From Octopus sinensis (Eukaryota), in assembly GCF_006345805.1 (NCBI RefSeq), contig NC_043000.1, positions 18,414,001 to 18,478,000 on the forward strand: a stretch of 64,000 nucleotides of DNA, given 5' to 3'. This document shows positions 36,040 through 48,532 of this stretch, piece after piece. The number at the start of each line of letters is the position of its first letter. Position 1 is the stretch's first letter. Position numbers and translations under genes: made by a program. A model generated the notes under the pieces. It made no database searches and was not told where the DNA came from. It saw nothing but the letters and a program-made list of their open reading frames with translations.

Positions 36040-36395
36040 TACTGGAATACAGCTGAGATGGGCAGGCTACGTCTCCCGCATGTCCGACACTCGCATCCCA
36101 AAACAGCTCTTCTACGGTGAACTCAGCCAGGGCAAACGCAAAGTCGGAGGGCAGAAGAAGTGCTTTAAGGACAGTCTCAAAGTCTCTCTCAAAGACTTCT
36201 CCATCGGCACAGAGACTTGGGAGACACTTGCTGCCGACCGCTCATCCTGGCGCAGCGCAATCACCACAGGAGCAAAGACAGCCGAAGAGAAACGGATTCA
36301 GTCAGCAGAACAGAAACGCCAGAGCCACCTGCACCAATAGCACAGCCCCTACCCACTTCTGCCCCACCTGTGGGAGGGGCTTTCTCGTCATTAGT
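36040..36395 (+). mobile_element. RTE (BovB-like) LINE C-terminal remnant
   Basis: RWAGYVSRMSDTRIPKQLFYGELSQGKRKVGGQKKCFKDSLK. Confidence 0.85.
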
Positions 36396-37309
36396 CTGGA
36401 GTAGCATGGCCTGCTAGTTGGAGATGCCTGTCTAGGCCTTGCAAACATATGCTAGGAAATGTATCAAGTCCGACAGGAAGCGTCTGTGACTGGAACATGT
36501 TGAGTAGCTCTGTGATCAGAGGTTCAGTCCTTACAAGGACTGGAAACCAAAGACCCTTGGTGAAAGGATTCACTCCCTTATATACAAGTAAGGTAGCTCA
36601 AACGAGCTTAAGAAATGGGACCTTAACCAAAGGCCGTGATTGTCACATGTCAACCAATCAAGTTAGTGGTTACAACAGGAACAATTCGGCCAAAGATGGC
36701 CATAATCTCAAACGAGATCATTCCTGCCGTGTTTCTCAAACAGTGAGGATATCAGAGACCGCTACAAGAATATGTCTGTCTTTCTCTTTCCATAGATGTA
36801 TGTGCGCTTTTGTTTTGTTACCATGGATGTTTTAATTGTTACGTCAGAACGTTTTTGAATCAAAATTCTTTAGAGCAACCTTGACACACACATTGCTGAG
36901 TATCTTAACAATAATAATTGAAAAATAAATTGTTGTATTTCTCGCAGTGTAAAAACAAATGTCACAAGTAACTGCAATGCAATGATCTTTAAATATGTCT
37001 AGTCAGGTCTTTAATTGCGATACGCAGTAACCACACAGCCAATATGTTTTCCATACATATACACAAATCCTAAAGTTATCATCCTTTCGAAGTATATTTG
37101 ATATTTCTATTTGTATTTTAAAAAAAAAGTATTAAAAATATAATTTCTCTCCACTAAAAACAAGAAAACGAGATTAGCTTTTCCGAAAACCAATGGGTTT
37201 AAGTTTGAAATTACCTTCCTATCGCTCTCGTCATCATCTTGCCCCTTTAACAGGGTCAATTTATTCGCAACAGATTTAATATTGCAATAATGTTTAAATA
37301 TATGAATGA

Positions 37310-37707
37310 CTAGCAGTATCGCCCGGCGTTGCTCGGGTTTGTAAGGGAAATAACTATATAAGCATTTTTAGAGAGTTATAGCCAAAAAATAGCAAAAAAA
37401 TGCATTAAAAATGGAAAAAAAATTATGGTAAATTTTTTTTTAAATCGTTGACTCATCGTAGAGATTTTTAGAGCGTTTCTTCCCTTATATAATAGCGAAA
37501 AAAATGCATTAAAATGGAAAAAATGATGGTAAATTATTTTTTAAATCGTAGACTCATCGTAGACGCGCGCTAATACCCAGAAGGGCTCGATATGAATCAC
37601 GACTATAAGATACCCGCTTTTGGTTAAACTGCACCGCAAAATGTGGGAGTAATTAGGAATCTAAATCGTAGGAGACAGACACACAACTTCACTTTTATAT
37701 ATAAAGA
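37310..37707 (-). mobile_element. Helitron family B
   Basis: Termini as for 29590-29997. Confidence 0.83.
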
Positions 37708-37834
37708 TTTATTTTACAGTATCATAAATATGTTTGTACTTGTTTTGTTAGAAGGGAGACATGCCACGTTTTATTCATTGTTACATACTCATTATTATAA
37801 CATTTGTTTTGAAAATTTATGATTTATAAATATA

Positions 37835-38217
37835 CTAGCAGTATCGCCCGGCGTTGCTCAGGTTTGTAAGGGAAATAACTATAAAGCATTTTTAGAGAGT
37901 TATAGCAAAAAAATAGCAAAAAAATGGAAAAAAAATGATGGTAAATTTTTTTGAGAGTTAAAAAGGTCGAGTTGCGTCCCCTAGACAGTCTGTGGTTTGT
38001 GTTTCTGATTCTCGACCCCATGTGGAATTTATCGATTTTTTTCAGAACTGGGGGAACTTTTCAAAATTTTCGCTGCGTTAGTTTTGAATTATGACATTGG
38101 GCTATGTGTGTGTCAAGTTTCATCAGAATCGGTTAAAAGCCGTGGTCAGGGTGAGGGTACAACCTAACAGACACACAGAAACACACACAGACAAACTGCC
38201 GTTTATATATAGAGAGA
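37835..38217 (-). mobile_element. Chimeric Helitron (family A 5' end, family B 3' end)
   Basis: B-type sequence to about 37950, then A-type; a second copy lies at 38735-39119. Confidence 0.8.
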
Positions 38218-38734
38218 TTTTTATAGTTATTAATCAACACGTCACTGAAGTAGGTATTGCTATAAACTTTTTTTTTTCTTGCTATAAACCAGGTATGACT
38301 ATAAACCAAATGCGGAAAAACATAAAAACAACTTTCTGTTTTTACAAGCTATCTTTATGCCTAGTTACGTTGAGTTGTTATTATTGTTGTGGTTGTGAAT
38401 CTTCAGGTGAAATTGATGGTATATCGACGTGCCATGCGATAAACCATAGCGCGTTTACTATAAAATAACTAACCTCATCTTTTCCCGCCTCAGCCCGGCA
38501 CTAACAACATTAGGCAATCTGTCTTCGAAACAACGTTAATCCACTAGAATACCCTGTATTCCTTCGTTTCTTCCTGAAGATGTCTGACAGACGTGTAGCG
38601 TAGCTGATATCCTCACCGAGAGATATATTAGAAATGATCTCGTGTTAGATAGCAACCATCTTCGGCTATTTTGATCCTGTTGTGTCCGCTGCTCTTTTAT
38701 TTTGTTATTTAGATTTACTAAATTTATATCTAAA

Positions 38735-39119
38735 CTAGCAGTATCGCCCGGCGTTGCTCGGGTTTGTAAGGGAAATAACTATAAAGCATTTTTAGAAGAG
38801 TTATAGCCAAAAAATAGCAAAAAAATGGGAAAAAAATTATGGTAAATTTTTTTTGATAGTTAAAAAGGTCTAGTTGCGTCCCCTAGACCATCTGTGGTTT
38901 GTGTTTCTGATTGTCGACCCCATGTCGAATTTATCGATCTATTTCAGAACTGGGGGAACTTTTCAAAATTTTCGCTGCGTTAGTTTTGAATTATGACATT
39001 GGGCTATGTGTGTGTCAAGTTTCATCAGAATCGGTTGAAAGCCGTGGTCAGGGTGAGGGTACAACCTGACAGACACACAGAAACACACACAGACAAACTG
39101 CCGTTTATATAGAGAGAGA
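38735..39119 (-). mobile_element. Chimeric Helitron A/B, second copy
   Basis: Same junction as 37835-38217. Confidence 0.8.
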
Positions 39120-39416
39120 TAACAAAATAAAATCAATGATGAGCAGTGTCTTCCTGGGAAAAAATATCAGTTACAACAATGATGCTGTTGATGAAATATG
39201 TTCTTTGTCTATCTACTTATCCTCTTTGCGATTTTGGATGATAGGAAAACTATACAAATGAATCATTCGAATTTAACTAAATTCTATATTTTTTATGCAG
39301 CTGAAGATTGCTCTACATTTTAAAATTGATCTAATGTTTGCATTATTCAATTAAATGGAGTTGCATGAAACGATCGTACTGCATTATCTCTGGATATCCT
39401 TGTTGCTTATTTTGAT

Positions 39417-39517
<101 letters not shown>

Positions 39518-39784
39518 TTATGTACGTATGTATGTATATTCTTTATAGTGATTAATTGGAATGTCATATAAATTTGGGATCTCCAGGTCAAACTGCTGGA
39601 ATGTCAACCTTCTAACTTTATCACCTGATATGTTTTATGATACCTAGCCAACGCCCTCTCACGTCTTAAACCAGTACTATCAACTTTACCTCCACCCAGT
39701 AACCTTATCCCCCAGGAATCTACTGTATTTCTCGTTTCTTCTCTCGGGTGTCTACTTACACAAGTTTCAACATGAACATCAACG

Positions 39785-40155
39785 AGTGGCTGTGTGGTAA
39801 GTAGCTTGCCTACCAACCACATGGTTCTGGGTTCAGTCCCACTGCGTGGCATCTTGGGCAAGTGTCTTCTGCTATAGCCTCGGGCCGACCAATGCCTTGT
39901 GAGTAGATTTGGTAGACGGAAACTGAAAGAAGCCTGTCGTATATATGTATATATGTATGTGTGTGTGTGTGTTGCTTGACAACCGATGCTGGTGTGTTTA
40001 CGTCCCCGTCACTTAGCGGTTCGGCAAAAGAGACTGATAGAATAAGTACTGGGCTTACAAAGAATAAGTCCCGGGGTCGATTTGCTCGACTAAATGCGGT
40101 GCTCCAGAATGGCCACAATCAAATGACTGAAACAAGTAAAAGAGTAAAAAAGAGT
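39785..40155 (+). mobile_element. SINE family 1
   Basis: Near full length. Confidence 0.85.
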
Positions 40156-40326
40156 AAATGAGTATCGATCTATCGGTGTCGGTGAGGTTGCCAAAAAAAA
40201 TTAACTCTATCTCGCCACCTTGATGATACCTTAAAGTGTGTGTATGTGTGTGTGTGTGCTTGTGTGAGTTATGTTTGATATTGTTATATTTGTTACTAGA
40301 AAGTATATACCCTAGACTTAAATGTT

Positions 40327-41416
40327 TGTAGCGTTGGTGGAATGCATCCGCGCTCTCTGAGATACGCAGTACAAATAATGTAGCAGATGACGGTTAACTT
40401 TTGGCCGCTATTTAGACCCTGTTGTGTCCACTGCTCTGATTGGTTGGCATTGGCGCAGTTTGTCTCTTGACTTATTTCGCACCAATGTGTGAACCAACCA
40501 ATCAGAACCTTACAATAAGATCATGTGACAGTCTTTTGGGTTTTCTTCTGGAGCCTCTAGAATGATATAAAAACCCAGCGATCCAGTGAATCTGGGTCTT
40601 TGGTCTCTGACCATTGACCACGCCAGACCAGCGAGTTCCCGCAACGATGCCAATCCCAGCCATGTTCCTGCTCCAGCCAACGACGACGCCAACATACACC
40701 AGCAACTCAGGACGTGTTCCACTACCGTCGCCTTCATTTCGACGACGCCTTTCTCTGCCGTCGCCATCGTCGACTTCACTTTGACGCCGCCATCAACATC
40801 GACGTCTTAGCTTATCGTCGCCCTTCAACTTCACATCGTCTCCACCAACGCCGTTACGTACACAGCAACTCGCTTTAGGTTTAGCTTTCTCGCTGTTGTG
40901 TATACACACCAAGGTTAACAGTACAGCAGTACCGGCGAGATCTTCTATACCGATGTAACCTGGCAAATAGATCGAAGCCCAACTTCTACACGCGTAGTAA
41001 CTGCTCTCCTCTTTGCTCCAACTTCATTGACACAGAACGAACTGCTATTATGTACCTGTACGAACTGGTATTCATCACCATCTTGTGTCTGGACATTCTT
41101 TCTATGCTCTGTATACACGCATACACCTTGTTTGGTCTTTTGTACACACTTACACGAACACATAGACACAAATACTTGTCACACGCACTCAGACACTCCA
41201 CTCTGCTAGCACTCACACACGCTCTTATTGTACACTTCTGTAAATAAAATCTTCTTCTCTCAAACAGTAGAACGGTTGTTTTCTCCTTATTCTTTACTGT
41301 CACTCTTATTCCTTTATGCCATACATTTGGCCATATTCTTTTGTAAGGGCGACCGTGCGGCGTTTAAAAGGAGACATTTCTGTCACCAACTCCTTTACGT
41401 ACGGTCGTTCACTACA
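40327..41416 (+). mobile_element. Solo LTR, 1090 bp (Gypsy-type)
   Basis: TGTAG...CTACA, 4-bp TSD TGTT, TATAAA at about 40566, AATAAA at about 41245. Confidence 0.8.
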
Positions 41417-41431
41417 TGTTTATTAAATATC

Positions 41432-41800
41432 TATTTCTTTACTACCCACAAGGGGCTAAACACAGAGGGGACAAACGGATTAAGTCGATTACATCGACCC
41501 CAGTGCGTAACTGGTACTTAATTTATCGACTCCGAAAGGATGAAAGGCAAAGTCGACCTCGGCGGAATTTGAACTCAGAACGTAACGGCAGGCGAAATAC
41601 GGCTACGTATTTCGCCCGGCATGCTAACGTTTCTGCCAGCTCACCGCTTTGAAAAAAAACCCCGAAGAAATAACTATTTCTTTACTACCCACAAAGGGCT
41701 AAACACAAAGGACAGACAAACGGATTAAGTCGATCATATGACCCCAGTGCGTAACTGGTACTTATTTAATCGATCCCGAAAGAATGAAAGGCAAAGTCTC
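41432..41800 (-). mobile_element. Two SINE family 2 copies (full, then truncated at the satellite edge)
   Basis: 41432-41647 full; about 41675-41795 truncated. Confidence 0.8.
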
Positions 41801-43142
41801 CGCCTATCCCACTCAATCTCACGCTCTTTCAGGTGTTTTAACACCCAGCATTATTGGGAAATCTCCCAAAATGCTATTTCGCCTATCTCCGGCAATATCC
41901 GGCTATCTCCGGCAATTTCCGGTAATATCCTGCTATCTCCGGTAGTCTCCGGCTATCTCTCCCAGGTGTTTTAACACCCAGCAATATTGGGAAATCTCCC
42001 AAAATGCTATTCTGCCTATCTCACTCTCTTCCAGGTGTTTTAACACCCAGCATTATTGGGAAGTCTCCCAAATTGCTATTTCGCCTATCTCCGGTAATCA
42101 GCAGCCATTGCCGGCTATCTCCGGCAATCTCCGGTAATCTCCAGCAATCTCCGGCAATCTACGACATTCTCCGGCAATCTCCGGCTATCTTCGCCTATCT
42201 CACTCTATCTCATTCTATATCCGCCTATCCCACTCTCTCCCAGGTGTTTTAACACCCAGCATTATAGGGAAATTCCCAAAATGCTATTCTGCCTATCTCC
42301 GGGGATCTCCGGCTATCTCTGGATATCTCCGGCAATCTACAGCAATCTCCGGCTATCAACGACAATCTCTGGCAATCTACAGCAATCTCCGGCAATTTCC
42401 GGCGATCTCCGGGAATCTCCGGCTATCAACGACAATCTCTGGCAATCTACAGCAATCTCCGGCTATCTCCTGCAATCTCTCTCAGGTGTTTTAACACCCA
42501 GTATTATTGGGGAAAATCCCCAAATGTTATTCCACCTATCTTCGCCTATCTCCGTCCATCTTACTCTCTCCCAGGTGTTTTAACATCCAGCATTATTGGG
42601 AAATCTCCCAAAATGCTATTCCGCCTATCTCACTCACATCCAGGTGTTTTAACACCCAGCATTATTGGGGAATCTCCCAAAATGCTATTCCGCATATCTT
42701 CGGCAATCTCCGGTAATCTCCGGCTATCTCCTGCAATCTCTCTCAGGTGTTTTAACACCCAGTATTATTGGGGAAAATCCCCAAATGTTGTTCCACCTAT
42801 CTTCGCCTATCTCCGTCCATCTTACTCTCTCCCAGGTGTTTTAACATCCAGCATTATTGGGAAATCTCCCAAAATGCTATTCCGCCTATCTCCGGTTCTC
42901 TCCGGCAATTTCCGGCTATCTCCGGCAATCTCCGGCTTCGGCCATCTCTGGCAATCTCCGGCAATCTCCGGTAATCTCCGGCTATCTCCGTCAATCTACG
43001 ACAAACTCCGGCAATCTCTGACTATCTCCTGCAATCTCTCCCAGGTGTTTTAACAACCAGCATTATTGGGAAATCTCCCAAAATGCTATTCCGCCTATCT
43101 CGGGCAATCTCCAGCCATCTTCGGTCATCTCCGGCAATCTTC
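41800..43142. repeat. Composite satellite: 10 copies of a double-hairpin repeat of about 55 bp with variable (ATCTCCGGCW)n spacers
   Basis: AGGTGTTTTAACACCCAGCATTATTGGGAAATCTCCCAAAATGCTATT at 41831, 41964, 42033, 42242, 42484, 42573, 42642, 42745, 42834 and 43043. Confidence 0.92.
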
Positions 43143-43466
43143 GTCCGTCCGTCCGTCCATCATCCATCCATCCATCCATGTCTATGCACACACACAATGA
43201 CCCACTCACATGCACACAAACAAAAAGAACGCAGCTTCAATAACGGACTGCATCAACAACTATTGAAAAGGTTGTAAGACGCAACGAAAATTTTAGAAAA
43301 ATAAATAAATGAGTAGAAATTTTACCGGTGTGTGTGTTAACTTATAAGGCACAGAAAGAAAATGATTCTCCCCAGACACAACAGAATATGCTTCAACACA
43401 CGAACTCACATAAAGAATCTTGCAAACCTCATCCAAAAACTATATTCTTTTTCTTTCTTTTATTCT

Positions 43467-46206
43467 TGTAGTGACCCTATAACGGCGCGCGCTCGCGCAC
43501 CGTCCATTTGTATTTCGCGCGTGTTGGTGCCTTTACCAAGGCAGAGAGAGGAAGGGCCCTCTCGCGCATGCGCGAAGTACCGGAAGAAGAACCCTATTGC
43601 CTACGTAGCAGTTAGAACGTTTGACCGCTAGCAGCAGTCAGCGGCGACTTGGGACAGCAGCGATTGAAGAAGACAGCGGTAGGCATTTCATAGAAGTAGA
43701 CGTTTAATTCGCTCTCTCTCCGTCAGGACTTGATTCTAGCAGCAGTCGGCCGAATGCCTTTAACCAAATTGTTGCCGACCATATTCAACTTCCCTGTTCG
43801 ACGCCATCTTGAACCCGTTCTGGTTTTGCGCCTGAATATTGTAAATATTACAATCGATTAACTTTCAGCCTTGCGCGCCCAGAACCAAGGACATCAGATA
43901 ACACACTTATTGTTATTGTTACCAAGAAAGAGAATAAAGTAGTATATACATATTTTACGTTTGCGTCTTGTTGTTTCTGACTGGTAGAATTCTGGATTAT
44001 TAAAGCAACGGCTAGTGATTGCTTTCTTGTACCCCGAAAGTACAAGACAAGTTATTCACTCACACTAAGCTCGTTACACTGGTGACCTCCCGACGTGATT
44101 CTGGTCTAAAACCAGAGATCACTTAACAACAAAGAAATCCAGTTTTTCTGCGAAGTCGGAACACGATTTAACTCTACGCATCATCTTTCGACGATTTGTT
44201 TCCGGCCACTACAAACAGTTGTAGAAGGAGCCTCTTTCTTATTCTACAGCCATGATGACGGACGCCATCATATATTCGATGCCTTTTCTCCACCTTCGTC
44301 ATCGCTATCGTCGTCTTTCTACTTCACGTCGTCGGTATCTTCGTCGCCATCATCACTAAGAACGATGTTGTCCCAAGTCCACTACAGTCGCCACCACCAC
44401 CGTCGCCTTTCAACACCGTCGACCTCCACAAGATGTACATAGCAACTCGCGGAACTTTAGCGTGCACGCTGTTTTGTGCATATGCACACCAAGGATAAAC
44501 AGCACCGTCTATCTACGAGATTCTTCTGTTCCAGTTAACCTGTCACAGCATTGAAGCTACAACCGCTACACATTGTGTTCAACCGGCATCTGCATTTGTG
44601 ATCTCAACATTTCTGTTACAGAACGAACTGCTATTGTGCATCAGGCTATTAGAGACTGGTAAATTAACTCTTGTCTGGAATAGCCTTGAGAGACATTTTT
44701 TCTATGCGCTGTTTTTATATTTTGCTCGCATTCACCTTGTATGTATTTCTGTCGCACACACGTACACACACATAAATGCTCTCTCTCACATACATACGTC
44801 ACACATGCTTTTCTCGCTTGTTTTTTTTTCCATGCTGAATTTGCCTTTTGTGGACACCCCTCATTTCTATAGACCCTATGTCGGTCACGTATACATAGAG
44901 AGGGTTGTTTGTCCATTATAACGCGCCAGCATGTCATACCTTTGTTCCTGTACGAACGAGGCATATAATCGCTCAACCACTGGCATATTCTTGCTGTTTT
45001 TTGGTCTGGCAAGCACTATTGCATTTCATGCGCCTTTTGCTTCGCACGTGTATTGCCTTGTTTTTTGCAACACGTTTGCGTTAGCCTAATTCTTTTCCCG
45101 ACTCATAGGACGTCGGATGTTCACATGCGCTGCGCCATGTTTAGGCGTAATTATTTTTCCCTGTTAGACCACTGTTGGTCACGTAATTAACAGAAAATTA
45201 TCTGTGTCGCGCATCACACCAGCATGTTTGCACTTTTGCCTTTTGTGTTACTAGCGAGCTTCTAACAATTCCATTTCCTCTCCTGCAGCAATTGATTTAA
45301 CTGCTATTTCGCAGGATCAACTACCTTTAGAGAAGTTGGATTTTAATTTCGCCTAGGTTCAATAACTGTGAGTTCTGCCTTTTCTTCCGCTCCCTACAGC
45401 GGAAGGGTTTATACTTTGTGACGTATACACTTTCATGCATGCACTCTTGATTTTTGCTCATTGAGTATTTTTTCTCTTTTTCCTTTAGTAAATTTCTTGT
45501 GTATGTTATAAATTTTGCCATTATATTATTGTGTGCTATTTGGTTATCTGGTGTCCACCTTGAGTTTTGCAGTCACTACAATAAGTTTCCTTTCGTGCGT
45601 ACGCACTGGAGGGGAGCCTTGTAGTGACCCTATAACGGCGCGCGCTCGCGTACCGTCCATTTGTATTTCGCGCGTGTTGGTGCCTTTACCAAGGCAGAGA
45701 GAGGAAGGGCCCTCTCGCGCATGCGCGAAGTACCGGAAGAAGAACCCTATTGCCTACGTAGCAGTTAGAACGTTTGACCGCTAGCAGCAGTCAGGGGTGA
45801 CTTTGAGACATGGCTATCGAAGGCAACGGTCACGTATATTCTCTCTCCGTCAGGACTTGATTCTAGCAGCAGTCGGCCGAATGCCTTTAACCAAATTGTT
45901 GCCGACCATATTCAACTTCCCTGTTCGACGCCATCTTGAACCCGTTCTGGTTTTTGCGCCTGAATATTGTAAATATTACAATCGATTAACTTTCAGCCTT
46001 GCGCGCCCAGAACCAAGGACATCAGATAACACACTTATTGTTATTGTTACCAAGAAAGAGAATAAAGTAGTATATATATATTTTACGTTTGCGTCTTGTT
46101 GTTTCTGACTGGTAGAATTCTGGATTATTAAAGCAACGGCTAGTGATTGCTTTCTTGTACCCCGAAAGTACAAGACAAGTTATTCACTCACACTAAGCTC
46201 GTTACA
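43467..46206 (+). mobile_element. Non-autonomous LTR retrotransposon (LTRs 43467-44078 and 45620-46206, non-coding interior)
   Basis: TGTAG...TTACA LTRs, 4-bp TSD TTCT, PBS TGGTGACCTCCCGACGTGAT (tRNA-Trp-like) at 44080, PPT GGAGGGGAG at about 45608; no gag/pol motif seen. Confidence 0.9.
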
Positions 46207-46382
46207 TTCTTTTACTTGTTTCAGTAATTTGACTGCGGCCATGCTGGAGCACCGCCTTTAATCGAGCAACTCGACCCCAGGACTTATTCTTTTATAAGCC
46301 CAGTACTTATTCTATCGGTCTATTTTGCCGAACCGCTAAGTAATGGGGACATAAACACACCAGCATCGGTTGTCAAGCAATG

Positions 46383-46385
<3 letters not shown>
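46207..46385 (-). mobile_element. SINE family 1, 3' half (the LTR element sits in its tail)
   Basis: Matches the family 1 tail. Confidence 0.75.
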
Positions 46386-46414
<29 letters not shown>

Positions 46415-46841
46415 CTCTCGTGCGTCGGATATGCATTCGTTGCTTGTCTGCTTGCATCTTATTTGAAGTTAGGTTTGACAATAAATTAACCCATTGCAAA
46501 CTGCAATAAACGGGTTAGTAGAAACAATAATTTCTCCATTGATAAATATCAGCTGGGGGTCGTCATTAGCTCTGTTATTCATGTGTGACTAAGTGCTGAC
46601 TGTAAGATATATATAAGAGATCAATACATAATTCAAGAGAAATTGCAGATGTCAGTAAGTTCGGTTGCCAGGGAGAGTTTAAAAGTATGATGTTTCAAAC
46701 GGAGATACTCAGTGTAAACATTTCTTTTACTTCCCATATTTTACTGATACCGACAGACCCTGACTTTAATTGTCGTTTTCTCCGACACAGACCCTGGCTT
46801 TAATTGTCGTTTTCTCCGACACAGACCCTAGTTTCTTTCCT

Positions 46842-47226
46842 GTGGAGGCGCAATGGCCCAGTGGTTAGGGCAGCGGACTCGCGGTCGTAGGATCGCGGTT
46901 TCGATTCCCAGACCGGGCGTTGTGAGTGTTTATTGAGTGAAAACACCTAAAAAAGCTCCATGAGGCTCCGGCAGGGGATGGTGGTGATCCCTGCTGTACT
47001 CTTTCACCACAACTTTCTCTCACTCTTACTTCCTGTTTCTGTTGTACCTGTATTTCAAAGGGCCGGCCTTGTCACTCTCTGTGTCATGCTGAATATCCCC
47101 GAGAACTACGTTAAGGGTACACGTGTCTGTGGAATGCTCAGCCACTTAAACGTTAATTTCACGAGCAGGCTGTCCGTTGATCGGATCAACCGGAACCCTC
47201 GTCGTCGTAATCGACGGAGTGCTTCC
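46842..47226 (+). mobile_element. SINE family 3 flanked by a direct repeat of about 101 bp
   Basis: Flanks 46707-46841 (135 bp, one extra 34-bp unit) and 47227-47327 (101 bp). Confidence 0.88.
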
Positions 47227-47427
47227 ACTCAGTGTAAACATTTCTTTTACTTCCCATATTTTACTGATACCGACAGACCCTCGCTTTAATTGTCGTTTTC
47301 TCCGATACAGACCCTAGTTTCTTTCCTCAAACTCCATATTTTATTCTCTTGATAGATTAATGTGCCATGCAAAAACTTCATATCTGCACTGTTAAAAAAA
47401 TTACTATCAGTACAGAGCAAATTTTAT

Positions 47428-47761
47428 AGATCTTTTCGGTTTGAACGGCAGTTTTTCTAGCGGTGTCATATGAAATTGTCACCCATAATTATGACCCTAG
47501 TATCGATCTATTGCATTTCAATCTGTTTTAGGGTTAGGGTTTCTTAAACGAGGGACATATTCATACGGCATAGAATGTTTTCACCTCAATAGACGTCATT
47601 GATTGGTTGAAATTGCAGAAATTGAGGAAAAAACAACAACAAATATTTTACAAACAATAGAATTTTCTCAATAAAGCCAAGAGAAAAAGATGTTTTATAA
47701 ACACAAGTGTTTAGTTACGTGGAAATTATTTTAAAAAACTGCCGTTCAAACCGAAAAATCC
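47428..47761. mobile_element. Merlin-like MITE (same family as 14730-15152)
   Basis: Both TIRs, imperfect 8-bp TSD AATTTTAT/AAATTTAT. Confidence 0.75.
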
Positions 47762-47829
47762 AAATTTATTTGTATAATTAACTACATAGACAATATTTCT
47801 CAGTGACAGTGAGAGCTGACCCGCGACGG

Positions 47830-48010
47830 AATTTGAAGTACCCTACGGCTTAATGACATCTTCCAAAAGCTTCCTCGTATACATTAAGGACCTAACTGTT
47901 GTCACTTCTAACTACAAATATTTCTATGCAAGTAATACCATATTTCCATTTCCCCTTAAACTCCCTACATATAGGTGCTATTTGTAGGCAACGTAAACAC
48001 CTTAACTCTG
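47830..48010 (+). mobile_element. Very degenerate CR1/L2 RT remnant
   Basis: FLVYIKDLTVVTSNYKYFYASNT resembles LFLIYINDL...LFADDT. Confidence 0.4.
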
Positions 48011-48159
48011 ACTGAGACGTGACAACCTAATCTCCATCAATATCCTAAATATACACCTTCTCTGCGTATGAACAACACATGAGAAATGCCCTGCTAAGTC
48101 TTATAATCCCGTAGATATCTCTCATGGCGAACTTTGCTTAGAATAATGCCAAAACTATA

Positions 48160-48532
48160 TCTTTATATATAAAAGTGAAGTTGTATGTCTGTCTCCTACG
48201 ATTTAGATTCCTAACTACTCCCACATTTTGCGGTGCAGTTTAACCAAAAGCGTGTATCTTATAGTCGTGATTCATATCGAGCCCTTCTGCGTATTAGCGC
48301 GCGTCTACGATTTAAAAAAAATTTACCATCATTTTTTCCCATTTTTAATGCATTTTTTTGCTATTATATAAGGGAAGTAACTCGCGTCTACGATGAGTCT
48401 ACGATTTAAAAAAAAAATTACCATAATTTTTCTGCATTTTTAATGCAGTTTCGCTCGGTTTATATAAGGGAAGTAACTCTCTATAAATGCTTATATAGTT
48501 ATTTCCCTTACAACGCCGGGCGATAGTGCTAG
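48160..48532 (+). mobile_element. Helitron family B
   Basis: A|TC...CTAG|T. Confidence 0.8.

Noticed and set aside
38510-38600. Hammerhead ribozyme (GAAAC...CTGAAGA)
   Set aside because: Stems I-III cannot be built in the required order; CTGATGA hits at 7661, 11518 and 16342 also lack the fold
41800-43142. CRISPR array call
   Set aside because: The repeats are palindromic, but the spacers are variable-length expansions of one 10-mer and recur; there are no cas genes and the context is eukaryotic. Kept as a structured satellite.
42004-43277. ORFs with SPAISGNL repeats
   Set aside because: The underlying period is 10 bp, not a multiple of 3, and the frames shift and stop at each hairpin repeat
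43330-43440. 110-bp sequence repeated at about 48590-48700 as possible element ends
   Set aside because: Same orientation, no TSD or terminal motif; most simply two fragments of a dispersed repeat
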